Of a stretch of 64,000 nucleotides of DNA, positions 9,899-22,483 are shown in pieces; position 1 is the stretch's first letter, and each line of letters begins with the position of its first letter. The notes below the pieces were generated by a model. The model saw only the letters and a list, made by a program, of their open reading frames with translations, was not told where the DNA came from and did not search any database. A program made the translations under genes and the position numbers. Source of the DNA: an uncultured Actinomycetota bacterium (GTDB taxonomy: Bacteria > Actinomycetota > Actinomycetes > Propionibacteriales > Nocardioidaceae); NCBI GenBank assembly GCA_963714475.1, contig CAVQOP010000001.1, positions 675,481 to 739,480 on the forward strand. The letters are read 5' to 3'.

Positions 9899-10622
9899 GC
9901 GAGGCGCCGCCGGGGGCCGCGAGCTGGTCGGCCAGGTCGTCGAGACCCCTGGCCCGCAGGTCGGGAGCGGCGAAGTGCGCCGGGTAGGGCGCGGAGCCGC
10001 TGCGGTCGACCCACGCCCCGCCGAGGCCGGCGCGCCGTGCTCCGTGGACGTCCCAGGGGTGCACGGCGACCAGCAGGTGGGCACCGGCCGGCTCACCGGT
10101 GTGGGCGAGCGCGTGCTCGTAGGCCCGGGCCGCGGGCTTCCAGATCCCGGCGTCGGCCACGCTCAGCGTGGCCTCGACGAGGTCGCTCACGCCGGCCCGC
10201 TCGAGCAGTCCCTGGGCCACCGAGGCGGCCCCGTTGCTCAGGGTGACCACGCGGATGCCGCGTTCGGCCAGGGCACGCAGACCGCCGGGGACGTCGGGGT
10301 GCACCGGCAGGGCGGAGAAGCCGGCGAGCACGTGCTCGACCGCCGCGGCCCGGTCGTCGGCGTACGCCGCGCCCGAGAGGCGGGCCGGCAGCATCGCGTC
10401 GAGCAGGGACCGGCCGATGTCGGCGAACGCCGCCTGCTCGCCCACCGTGCTGAGGGCCATCCCGTCGCGCAGCACGGCGGCGAACCAGGTCGACGCGAGC
10501 GACTCCTCGGCTCCGACGTCGGCGAAGCGCTGCCGCATCGGTGTCAGGTCCGAGAGGGTCTCGTTGACGTCGAGGACGACGACCCGGACCTGCGGGCGGT
10601 CACCGGCGGCGGACGGGCTCAC
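9885..10622 (-). CDS. HAD-superfamily hydrolase (haloacid dehalogenase type II-like)
   Basis: C-terminal 245 codons of artefactual ORF 9885..12074. VVVLDVNETLSDL motif I. GTG 10622 overlaps the guaB3 stop (GTGA). Confidence 0.8.
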   Translation of the reverse strand: MSPSAAGDRPQVRVVVLDVNETLSDLTPMRQRFADVGAEESLASTWFAAVLRDGMALSTVGEQAAFADIGRSLLDAMLPARLSGAAYADDRAAAVEHVLAGFSALPVHPDVPGGLRALAERGIRVVTLSNGAASVAQGLLERAGVSDLVEATLSVADAGIWKPAARAYEHALAHTGEPAGAHLLVAVHPWDVHGARRAGLGGAWVDRSGSAPYPAHFAAPDLRARGLDDLADQLAAPGGASRGGA

Positions 10623-11725
10623 TGGACCACGACCTCGACGCGCTGGAACCCCTTGATCTCGGTGTAGCCCGTCGTGGCCATGGACCGCCGCAGGGCGCCG
10701 ATGAGGTTCATCGTCCCGTCGGCGACCCGGGAGGGGCCGAAGAGGATCTCCTCGAAGGTGCCGACCTGGTCGAGCTCGACGCGCTCCCCACGCGGGAGCT
10801 CGGCGTGGTGGGCCTCCCCGCCCCAGTGGAACCCGCGGCCGGGAGCATCGGTGGCCCGCGCGAACGGCGAGCCGACCATGACCGCGTCGGCGCCGCAGGC
10901 GATGGCCTTGGCCACGTCTCCGGAGCGGCCGATCGAGCCGTCGGCGATGACGTGGACGTAGCGGCCGCCGGACTCGTCGAGGTAGTCGCGTCGCGCGGCC
11001 GCGACGTCGGCCACCGCGGAGGCCATCGGCACCGAGATGCCGAGCACGGTGCGGGTCGTGTGCGCCGCCCCGCCTCCGAAGCCGACCAGCACACCGGCGG
11101 CACCGGTGCGCATCAGGTGCAGCGCGGCCTGGTGGGTCGCACAGCCACCCACGACCACGGGGACGTCGAGCTCGTAGATGAACTCCTTGAGGTTCAGCGG
11201 CTCGGCCTGGCTCGAGACGTGCTCGGCGCTGACCGTCGTACCCCTGATCACGAACATGTCGACGCCGGCGTCGACGACGACCTTGGACAGCTCCTGGGTG
11301 CGTTGGGGCGACAGCGAGCCCGCGACCGTGACGCCCGCCGCGCGGATCTCGCGGAGCCGTTCGGTGATCAGCTCGGGCTTGACGGTCTCGGTGTAGATCT
11401 CCTGGAGCCGCTGCGTCGCCTGGGTGCCGCGGAGGCCGGCGACCTCCTCGAGCAGGGGCTCGGGGTCCTCGTACCGGGTCCACAGGCCCTCGAGGTTGAG
11501 CACGCCGAGGCCCCCGAAGCGGCCCATCGCGATCGCGGTGGCCGGCGACATCACCGAGTCCATCGGCGCGGCGAGCACCGGCATCGAGAACCGGTAGGCG
11601 TCGATCTGCCAGTCGGTGCTGACCTCCTCGGGGTCGCGGGTGCGCCGTGAGGGAACGATGGCGACGTCGTCGAAGGCGTACGCGCGCCGGGCTCGCTTGG
11701 CCTGGCCGATCTGGATCTCGGTCAC
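10619..11725 (-). CDS. guaB3: GuaB3-family IMP dehydrogenase-related protein (no CBS pair)
   Basis: 368 aa. MTEIQIGQAKRARRAYAFDDVAIVPSRRTRDPEEV... typical GuaB3 N-terminus, IMPDH barrel without Bateman insert. Confidence 0.9.
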   Translation of the reverse strand: MTEIQIGQAKRARRAYAFDDVAIVPSRRTRDPEEVSTDWQIDAYRFSMPVLAAPMDSVMSPATAIAMGRFGGLGVLNLEGLWTRYEDPEPLLEEVAGLRGTQATQRLQEIYTETVKPELITERLREIRAAGVTVAGSLSPQRTQELSKVVVDAGVDMFVIRGTTVSAEHVSSQAEPLNLKEFIYELDVPVVVGGCATHQAALHLMRTGAAGVLVGFGGGAAHTTRTVLGISVPMASAVADVAAARRDYLDESGGRYVHVIADGSIGRSGDVAKAIACGADAVMVGSPFARATDAPGRGFHWGGEAHHAELPRGERVELDQVGTFEEILFGPSRVADGTMNLIGALRRSMATTGYTEIKGFQRVEVVVQ

Positions 11726-11920
11726 GGGGTGAGCCTATCGGCGCAGGCAGCGGGGGCGACAGGACCTTCGGGTGGTCGCACGCGCCGCGGCCGGACCGCT
11801 CCGGCCCCTGGTGGACGACCGGCCCGGGTGCGAGAGTCGACCCGTGCCCCCGGTCCGTATCGACCTCGTCGAGCACCGTGCCCTCGGCACGGGTCGCGCG
11901 CAGCTCCTCACCCTCGTGCC

Positions 11921-13156
11921 GTGAGTCGCGCGCCGTGCTCGCGTGCGCCCGGGCTGCTCCTGCTCGGGCTGCTCCTCGCCGGCGTGCTCGCGACGCTGTC
12001 GGCCTGCGGCGTCGTGGGCGGCGCGGACCCCGTGGCCGACTCGACGCTGCCCGCCGCAGCGGTGCGGACACCACCGGGTCCTGCCTACCTCACGCGGTCG
12101 CTGGCGCTCCGGCCCCGGTGGCAGGCGACTGTCGCCGGTCGTACGACCTCCCTCGACGGGGCACTGGAGCCCGTGTGGCTGCCCGACGGGCGGCTGTTCG
12201 TGCCGCGTGTCGAGCCGGAGCGCCGGGGGTCGACCGCCAGGGAGCGTGCCCAGGTCCTCGACCCGGCCAGCGGTGAGGTGCTGCGCGAGGTCCCGAGCAC
12301 GTTCCTCGGCGACTGGGCGGTGACCCCGGAGGCCATCACGCTGCGCACGACGCGACGCGTCATCGTCTACTCCCCCGACCTGAGCGACCCCCGGGTGGTC
12401 GAGGTCGACGCGTCGTCGGTCGAGAGCGACCAGATCGAGGGGCCCGACGCCCCGTTCTCGACCTTCGGTCCCGCCTACACCCTCGACGGCGTGACCTGGG
12501 TGCAGTGGGGCATCAACAGCGAGGACGACACCCGCACCGACCACGGGGTGCTGCGCATCGAGGCCGGCGAGCCGGTCGAGGTGCTGCGCAACGAGCCGGT
12601 CGTCTCCCTGCGCCCGAGCAGCGACGGCGCGGCGATGCTCGTGCTGATGCAGGACAACGGAGCCGACGACGACTGCGGCGGCTGCGTGGTCGAGCAGCGG
12701 GTGGTCGAGCTCGACCCGGCCACCGGGGAGGTGGCGGCCGACTACGGCGTGCCGGACGACTACGACCGCAGCTGGCGCGTCGAGGCCCTGGACAAGATCG
12801 ACGAGCAGGTCGTGGTGCGCTTCGCGATCGGCGAGGCCGAGACACGCAGGGACCCCGGAGTCGCGCGGCAGACGTGGGTCTACGACGGCGACTGGCGCCA
12901 CCTCGACGAGCTCGACGGGACCCGTACGACCTGGCAGGACGGCGGTCGGCTGGTGTGGACCCAGCTCGAGACGCGGCGCGACGAGGGCGAGGGAGCGGCG
13001 TACCGCCTGGAGTGGACGCCCGACGACGGCCCGAGCGAGGTCATCGTCGACGGGGCGGGCGAGTGCCGGCGCAACCGGGGGGCGATGGCCGTGCCCGTCG
13101 GGGCCGCCCTGTGCGCGCTGGTCGACGCGCCGGGGTCACTGCTGCCGCCGGGCTGA
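11921..13156 (+). CDS. Putative lipoprotein, function unknown
   Basis: GTG 11921 gives VSRAPCSRAPGLLLLGLLLAGVLATLSAC-G, i.e. n-region, h-region and an LSAC lipobox. Remainder has good GC3. The upstream part of ORF 11729.. is Arg/Pro junk. Confidence 0.65.
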   Translation: MSRAPCSRAPGLLLLGLLLAGVLATLSACGVVGGADPVADSTLPAAAVRTPPGPAYLTRSLALRPRWQATVAGRTTSLDGALEPVWLPDGRLFVPRVEPERRGSTARERAQVLDPASGEVLREVPSTFLGDWAVTPEAITLRTTRRVIVYSPDLSDPRVVEVDASSVESDQIEGPDAPFSTFGPAYTLDGVTWVQWGINSEDDTRTDHGVLRIEAGEPVEVLRNEPVVSLRPSSDGAAMLVLMQDNGADDDCGGCVVEQRVVELDPATGEVAADYGVPDDYDRSWRVEALDKIDEQVVVRFAIGEAETRRDPGVARQTWVYDGDWRHLDELDGTRTTWQDGGRLVWTQLETRRDEGEGAAYRLEWTPDDGPSEVIVDGAGECRRNRGAMAVPVGAALCALVDAPGSLLPPG

Positions 13157-13178
13157 GGCCTGGCAGGGTCGGGTGCCC

Positions 13179-15726
<2,548 letters not shown>

Positions 15727-15763
15727 CGTGGCGTGACCTCGTTGCCGTACGACGTCAGCGGTG

Positions 15764-16333
15764 TTACGTCGGCGACACGTCCGGGGACTCGTCCGGATCC
15801 GGATCGACGCGGCTCGGGGAGCGCGCGCCGGTCACCGCCTCGCGCAGACCGCGCGCCGCCAGCCGGTCGGCGCGCTCGTTGCCCTCGTGGCCGGCGTGGC
15901 CCTTGACCCAGAACCACTCGACGTCGTGCCGCTCGCAGGCCGCGACGAGCTCGCGCCACAGGTCGGCGTTCTTCACCGGGTCCTTGGCCTTCGTGCGCCA
16001 CCCGTTGCGCTGCCAGCCGACGACCCACGACGTGATCCCGTTGCGCACGTAGGTGCTGTCGGTGTGCAGCTCGACGCGCACCCGGCGGGTCAGGGCGTCG
16101 AGCGCCCGGATCGGTGCGGTGAGCTCCATGCGGTTGTTGGTCGTGGTCCCGGCCTCGCCGCCGCAGAGCTCGAGCTCGTGGCCGCCCACCTGGAGCAGCG
16201 CGCCCCAGCCGCCCGGGCCGGGGTTCGGCACGCAGGCGCCGTCGGTGTGGACGACGACCACCTCGCGGTCACCCTCCGCGCTGGACCCTGCCTCGTCGGT
16301 GCGCACCGGGCCAACGCTAGGTCCTGGCGCCAC
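15764..16333 (-). CDS. rnhA: Ribonuclease HI
   Basis: [27 protein letters not shown]...[12 protein letters not shown] motifs. Exact start uncertain (GTG 16333 or downstream). Confidence 0.9.
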   Translation of the reverse strand: MAPGPSVGPVRTDEAGSSAEGDREVVVVHTDGACVPNPGPGGWGALLQVGGHELELCGGEAGTTTNNRMELTAPIRALDALTRRVRVELHTDSTYVRNGITSWVVGWQRNGWRTKAKDPVKNADLWRELVAACERHDVEWFWVKGHAGHEGNERADRLAARGLREAVTGARSPSRVDPDPDESPDVSPT

Positions 16334-16439
16334 GATCGACGGACGGACGCGCGGTGCGGGCTCGGTCCGGACGGTGGCGGCCAGGCCCGCCGCGGTCCGG
16401 CGAGCGAGGTGGCTTCGCCCTCGGTGCCAGACTGCTCAG

Positions 16440-16921
16440 ATGCTGAGTCCGGAGCTGGCCCGTCGCCTCGAGCAGGCCGGCCTGGTGTGGTCACCCGCAC
16501 CGGGTGACCGGTTCGTGGTGCCCGACCGCGACCTCGACGACGAGGTGTTCGTGCTCAGCGACATGGTCATCGAGCGCCTCGACCTGCCCGACGTCGGCGC
16601 CGTGCTCGCCTTCAACGGCACGACCGAGTGGGCGCTGGACTCGCTCGAGGCCGCGGAGGCGCTGTGGCTGCCCCGCGAGGACCAGCTGCGCGAGCTGCTC
16701 GGGGAGCGGTTCGTCGCGCTCGAACGGGTCTCGCTGGCCGACGTCCGGGCCGACGTACCGACGTACCGACGCTACGGGCCGACGTACGGGCCGAGGCTCG
16801 GGAGGCCGGGTGGGTCGTGCGGGTCCTCGTCGACGGGCGCGAGGAGCGACACGTCGACGTCGCCCCGGACGCGGCGTACGCCCGGGCGCTGCTGGCCGCC
16901 CTGGCCGCGTTGGGCGGTTGA
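16440..16921 (+). pseudogene. Conserved actinobacterial hypothetical protein, reading frame broken by an 8-bp tandem duplication (cgacgtac x2 at 16751-16766)
   Basis: ATG 16440 gives MLSPELARRLEQAGLVWSPAPGDRFVVPDRDLDDEVFVLSDM.... The C-terminus AEAREAGWVVRVLVDGREERHVDVAPDAAYARALLAALAALGG lies in ORF 16628..16921. Deleting one 8-mer joins the two in frame. Confidence 0.7.
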
Positions 16922-16953
16922 GGGCGGCTGAGAGCGGCTGAGAGCGGCTGAGA
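16914..16953 (+). repeat. Tandem 10-mer gcggctgaga x3 plus one degenerate copy, starting on the stop codon of the preceding gene
   Basis: Read directly. Puts TGA at 16919, 16929, 16939 and 16949, closing all three forward frames (ORF-track ends 16921, 16931, 16941). Confidence 0.9.
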
Positions 16954-16956
16954 GAT

Positions 16957-17013
16957 GGAACCTCGGCTCGCAGAAAGTGGAACCTCGGCTCGCAAAGGGT
17001 GGCACCTCGGCGG
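16957..17013 (+). repeat. 22-nt direct-repeat family, locus 2: GGAACCTCGGCTCGCAGAAAGT, GGAACCTCGGCTCGCAAAGGGT, then partial GGCACCTCGGCGG
   Basis: Read directly. Same unit and same truncated terminal unit as at 546..582 (opposite orientation). Confidence 0.85.
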
Positions 17014-17019
17014 TACGAC

Positions 17020-17063
17020 GACGGCCCGCCGGCCCCGCGCGGTGGCGGGGACGGCGGGCCGTC
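17020..17063. terminator. Strong GC hairpin (19-bp stem with one mismatch, 6-nt loop), likely bidirectional terminator for groEL (-) and the + strand gene
   Basis: gacggcccgccggccccgc / gcggggacggcgggccgtc inverted repeat, 42 nt downstream of the groEL stop. Confidence 0.6.
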
Positions 17064-17104
17064 GGGTCGTGCTGTCGTGCGGGTGCTGCTGGGTGCGCCT
17101 GGTC

Positions 17105-18763
<1,659 letters not shown>

Positions 18764-18812
18764 CTAGCGGTGGGCCAGCGCAGGCTGGCGGCGTTCAGGG
18801 GCGGGAGCAGAA

Positions 18813-18863
18813 CGGGTCGTGGTCCTGCGCGGCACCGTGGCGCCGTCGCAGGCCCACGACCCG
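18813..18863 (-). other. Stem-loop (17-bp stem, one mismatch) inside the 159-nt groES-groEL spacer
   Basis: cgggtcgtggtcctgcg ... cgcaggcccacgacccg read directly. Candidate mRNA processing or stability element. Confidence 0.4.
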
Positions 18864-18886
18864 GAACGTCCTGCTGGGTGGCTGGA

Positions 18887-19180
18887 TCAGCCGACGACCG
18901 CGAGCACGTCGCGGGCCGAGAGGATGAGGTACTCCTCGCCGGAGTACTTGACCTCGGTGCCGCCGTACTTGGAGTAGATCACCTTGTCGCCGACGGCGAC
19001 GTCGATCGGGACGCGGTTGCCGCTGTCGTCGACGCGACCCGGGCCGAGGGCCACGACCTCGCCCTCCTGGGGCTTCTCCTTGGCGGTGTCCGGGATGACG
19101 AGGCCGGACGCGGTGGTCTGCTCGGCTTCGAGCGCCTTGACCACGATGCGGTCCTCGAGGGGCTTGATGTTGACCGACAC
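18887..19180 (-). CDS. groES: Co-chaperonin GroES
   Basis: GTG 19180 gives [40 protein letters not shown].... GGAGG lies 8 nt upstream. The ORF-track start at 19237 is rejected. Confidence 0.95.
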   Translation of the reverse strand: MSVNIKPLEDRIVVKALEAEQTTASGLVIPDTAKEKPQEGEVVALGPGRVDDSGNRVPIDVAVGDKVIYSKYGGTEVKYSGEEYLILSARDVLAVVG

Positions 19181-19291
19181 GATGTCGACCTCCACTTTCT
19201 CCACAGTTCTGGGTGTTGCTCGGTTGGGGTGCTGCACGTTGGGGCAGGCTCGGATCGGCGCCGTCGCGGGGGTCGCCTCACATCACCTGCA

Positions 19292-19318
19292 CTGGCACAC
19301 TCACACGGAGAGTGCCAG
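19292..19318. promoter_or_regulatory. CIRCE-like HrcA operator (CTGGCACAC-N9-GAGTGCCAG)
   Basis: 9-N9-9 inverted repeat resembling TTAGCACTC-N9-GAGTGCTAA, about 110 nt upstream of groES. Confidence 0.7.
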
Positions 19319-19326
19319 GTCCGAAA

Positions 19327-19353
19327 CTAGCACTCTCGATCTGTGAGTGCCAG
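19327..19353. promoter_or_regulatory. CIRCE-like HrcA operator (CTAGCACTC-N9-GAGTGCCAG)
   Basis: Second 9-N9-9 inverted repeat, closer to the CIRCE consensus. Tandem CIRCE upstream of groES is common in actinobacteria. Confidence 0.75.
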
Positions 19354-19398
19354 CAGGGTCCCGGCGTACGCCGTCCTCCGCACTGCGAGGATGCGCCC

Positions 19399-20544
19399 GT
19401 GGACCTCGACACCTGCCGCTGGCTGCTCGGCGAGCAGGGCCGGGCCCTGCTCGACGACCTGGGCGCGGGCGGCGCCGGCACCGGGCCCGCGGTGACCCCG
19501 GACCGCCTCGCCGCGGCCCGCACGCAGCTGCGGCTGCGCGAGCACGCCCGCGCCAAGCTCGGCGCCGAGGCCGCCCGGATGTGGTTCACCCGCGACGGCC
19601 TCGAGCAGGCCACCCGCGCGCGGGTCGCCGACCACCGTGCGGCCAGGCTGGTGGCCTTCGAGGCCGCCACGCTGATCGACCTCGGCTGCGGGATCGGTGG
19701 CGACCTGGTCGCCGCCGCCCGAGCGGGGCTGACCTGCGTCGGCGTCGACATCGACCCCGTGCGCGTCGCCCTGGCCGAGGCCAACCTGGCCGCGCTCGGG
19801 CTGCCGGGCGCCGTCGCGGTCGCCGACGCGACGACGATGGACCGCACCCCCTTCGAGGTCGCCTTCGCCGACCCGGCCCGACGTACCGGTGCCGGGCGGA
19901 GCTTCCGGACCGAGGACTGGGCGCCACCGTGGGCCTTCGTGGAGCAGCTGTTGACGGGCGACGCCTGCGTCAAGGCCGCCCCGGGCCTGCCCCACGACCT
20001 GGTGCCCGACGGGGTCGAGGCCGAGTGGGTCAGCGACCACGCCGAGGTCAAGGAGGCCGCCCTGTGGTCGGGCCGGCTGGCCACCACCCGCCGACGCGCG
20101 ACCGTGATCGGCGACGGCGGCCTGGCCACGCTCACCGAGACCGACCCCGCCGACGACGAGGTGTGCGCACCCGGCGAGGTCCGCGCGTACCTCTACGAGC
20201 CCGACGGCGCGGTGATCCGCGCCGGCCTCGTCACCGCCGTCTGCGCGATGGTCGGCGGCGCCCGCCTCGACCCGCACCTGGCGTACGTCGCCTCGAGCCA
20301 CGCCTCGTCCTCCCCCTTCGCCCGCGGCTACCAGGTCCGCGAGCAGCTGCCCTACCGCGAGAAGCAGCTGCGCGCCGCGCTGCGCGAGCGCGGGATCGGC
20401 CGCCTGACGATCAAGAAGCGCGGCGTCGAGGTCGTCCCCGAGGACCTGCGCAAGCGGCTGCGGCTCAGTGGTGACGGCGAGGCGACCCTGGTGATGACCC
20501 GGATCGCCGGCAAGGGCACCGCCCTGCTCGTCGACCCTCTCTGA
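19399..20544 (+). CDS. Class I SAM-dependent methyltransferase with THUMP-like C-terminal region
   Basis: GTG 19399 (GAGGA upstream). LIDLGCGIGGDLVAAARAG SAM motif I. The conserved C-terminus ends with LTIKKRGVEV. Confidence 0.75.
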   Translation: MDLDTCRWLLGEQGRALLDDLGAGGAGTGPAVTPDRLAAARTQLRLREHARAKLGAEAARMWFTRDGLEQATRARVADHRAARLVAFEAATLIDLGCGIGGDLVAAARAGLTCVGVDIDPVRVALAEANLAALGLPGAVAVADATTMDRTPFEVAFADPARRTGAGRSFRTEDWAPPWAFVEQLLTGDACVKAAPGLPHDLVPDGVEAEWVSDHAEVKEAALWSGRLATTRRRATVIGDGGLATLTETDPADDEVCAPGEVRAYLYEPDGAVIRAGLVTAVCAMVGGARLDPHLAYVASSHASSSPFARGYQVREQLPYREKQLRAALRERGIGRLTIKKRGVEVVPEDLRKRLRLSGDGEATLVMTRIAGKGTALLVDPL

Positions 20545-20662
20545 TCCGTCGCGTCGGCCGGGCAGACCGGATGCTGGCCTCGTGCCCGCTCCGGCTCGCC
20601 CGGCCTCGCCACCCCGCCCGACGCGCCCCCCGCCGCAGCGCCGCACTGGCACAGTGACGGGC

Positions 20663-21244
20663 ATGAGCGACCCCGCCCCGCAGGAACCGCACCGCGTCGA
20701 GTCCGGCTTGAGCGACGACGCCTTCGCCGCCGTGTGGGCCGACGACGACCGCCCACCGATCCCCCGCGTCGCCGCCGAGCGCGAGGCGCTCGCGGCCTAC
20801 CTGGACCACTACCGGGCCACCGTGGAGATGAAGTGCCGCGACCTGACCCCGGAGCAGGCGAGGGCACGCGCCGTGCCGCCGTCGACGATGTCCGTCCACG
20901 GCCTGGTCCGACACCTCGGCGGCGTCGAGCGATGGTGGCTGCAACAGAACTTCGAGCGCCGTGACGTGCCGTTGCTGTTCAGCACCCCCGACGAGCCGGA
21001 CCTCGACTTCGACCCTCCCGACGACGCCGACTTCGGTGACGACCTGGCGACCTGGCGGGCCGAGTGCGACATCTCCCGCGAGATCGTCGCCGCCCACGAC
21101 CTCGACGACCTCGCACGGCCTCTCGACTGGGTCGAGGACGTCGACCTGCGCTGGCTGGTGCTGCGCTTGATCACCGAGTACGCGCAGCACTGCGGCCACC
21201 TCGACCTCCTCCGCGAGGCCGTCGACGGGAGGGTCGGCACCTGA
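20663..21244 (+). CDS. DinB/DUF664-family protein (mycothiol-transferase-like four-helix bundle)
   Basis: ATG 20663. VHGLVRHLGGVERWW and ITEYAQHCGHLDLLRE His motifs. Confidence 0.75.
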   Translation: MSDPAPQEPHRVESGLSDDAFAAVWADDDRPPIPRVAAEREALAAYLDHYRATVEMKCRDLTPEQARARAVPPSTMSVHGLVRHLGGVERWWLQQNFERRDVPLLFSTPDEPDLDFDPPDDADFGDDLATWRAECDISREIVAAHDLDDLARPLDWVEDVDLRWLVLRLITEYAQHCGHLDLLREAVDGRVGT

Positions 21245-21400
21245 GCGACGCGTCGAGGACGACCGGGCCACCGACAGCGCGAGCGACCGCCGAGTCACGG
21301 ATCATCGTCGCGGTCGCGCGACGCAGCGGCGCATCCCTGCGCTCGTGGGACGTCGACCTGGCGTGAAGCCCCACGACCCGCCGCGCCGCCGACCCGGCCG

Positions 21401-22355
21401 CTAGCCCGCCACGGAGCGGGCCATCCTCGCCGCCACCTCGGCCGCGGCGGCACGCAGCTCCGGGCCACCGTCGACGGTGAAGTCGAAGGGCAGGCCCGCC
21501 AGCCACTCCCCGGCGTACATCCTCGGGTTGCTGGTGGTGCCGGTGATGACGCACCGGTCGGGGCCGAGCGGCTCGAGCCTGCCCATGGTGGGTCGCAGCC
21601 AGGGGGCGACCTCACCGACCGGCGCGTGGAGGACCACCCGGGTCTCGTGCTCCCACCCCGTGGCGAGGTTCTCCTCGAGCGCGGCCACCGGGTCGAGTCC
21701 CTCGGGGGTCTCGAAGCCGACGGCGAGCTGCTCGACGTCGCTGACCCGGTCGACGCGGTAGGTCCGCACGGCTCGGGCGTGGTGGGCGAAGCACAGCAGG
21801 TACCAGAGTCCGTGACGCACCACGACCGACCACGGGTCGACCACGAAGGAGTGCGAGCGTCCGGATGCACTGCGGTAGTCGAAGCGCACCTGGTGCTGCT
21901 CGCCCACGGCCTCGACCAGCGCGCTGGTCACGACCGGGTCCGGCCGCGCCGCGCGGCCGGGCACGGCGCGCGCGTGCTCGCGCATCGTCGCCGCCTGGCG
22001 GGCGACCGGGGCCGGGAGCGCCCGGATGATCTTCCCGAGACCGGCGCCGACCGGGTCCTCGTCGTCCGCGGCGGCGTGCCGGCCGTCGAGCACCGCCATC
22101 ACCAGTCCGAGCGCCTCGGCGGCGGTGAAGACCAGGGACGGCAGCCGGAGCCCCCGACCGACCCGGTAGCCGCCGTACGGGCCCCCGGACCGACACCACG
22201 TCGATGCCGGCCTCGCGGAGGATCGCGACGTAGCGGCGGGCGGCCCGGTCGCTGACCCCCAGCCGCTCGGCGAGCTCCGCCGCGGTGCAGCCCGGTCGGA
22301 GCTGCAGGATCTCCAGCGTACGAAGGGCCCGGGCGGTCGGGCTGGTCCCACTCAT
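21401..22355 (-). CDS. HTH plus WYL-domain transcriptional regulator; frame broken once (+1) at a C5/G5 run 22182-22186 as assembled
   Basis: N-terminus MSGTSPTARALRTLEILQLRPGCTAAELAERLGVSDRAARRYVAILREAGIDVVSVRGP is in ORF 21612..22472. The rest, YGGYRVGRGLRLP...HGLWYLLCFAHH...YRVDRV, is in ORF 21401..22351. Confidence 0.8.
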
Positions 22356-22483
22356 CGGGCCACCCTGGCACCGCGTCGGAAGATCCGGAAGCACATCGTC
22401 CGCAACCGGTCCTACGGTGGGACGAGAACGCACCGGGCGCCGCCTGGTCGTTCCCGACACCCTCATCACCAAGGAGATCTGAC

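Noticed and set aside
9885-12074. 729-aa minus-strand ORF taken as one protein
   Set aside because: Only the C-terminal 245 codons (HAD hydrolase) are coding. The rest overlaps guaB3 out of frame and is Arg/Pro-rich junk.
16914-17013. Possible CRISPR array
   Set aside because: The repeats are contiguous tandem units (10 nt and 22 nt) with no spacers and far too few copies, and there are no cas genes in the window.
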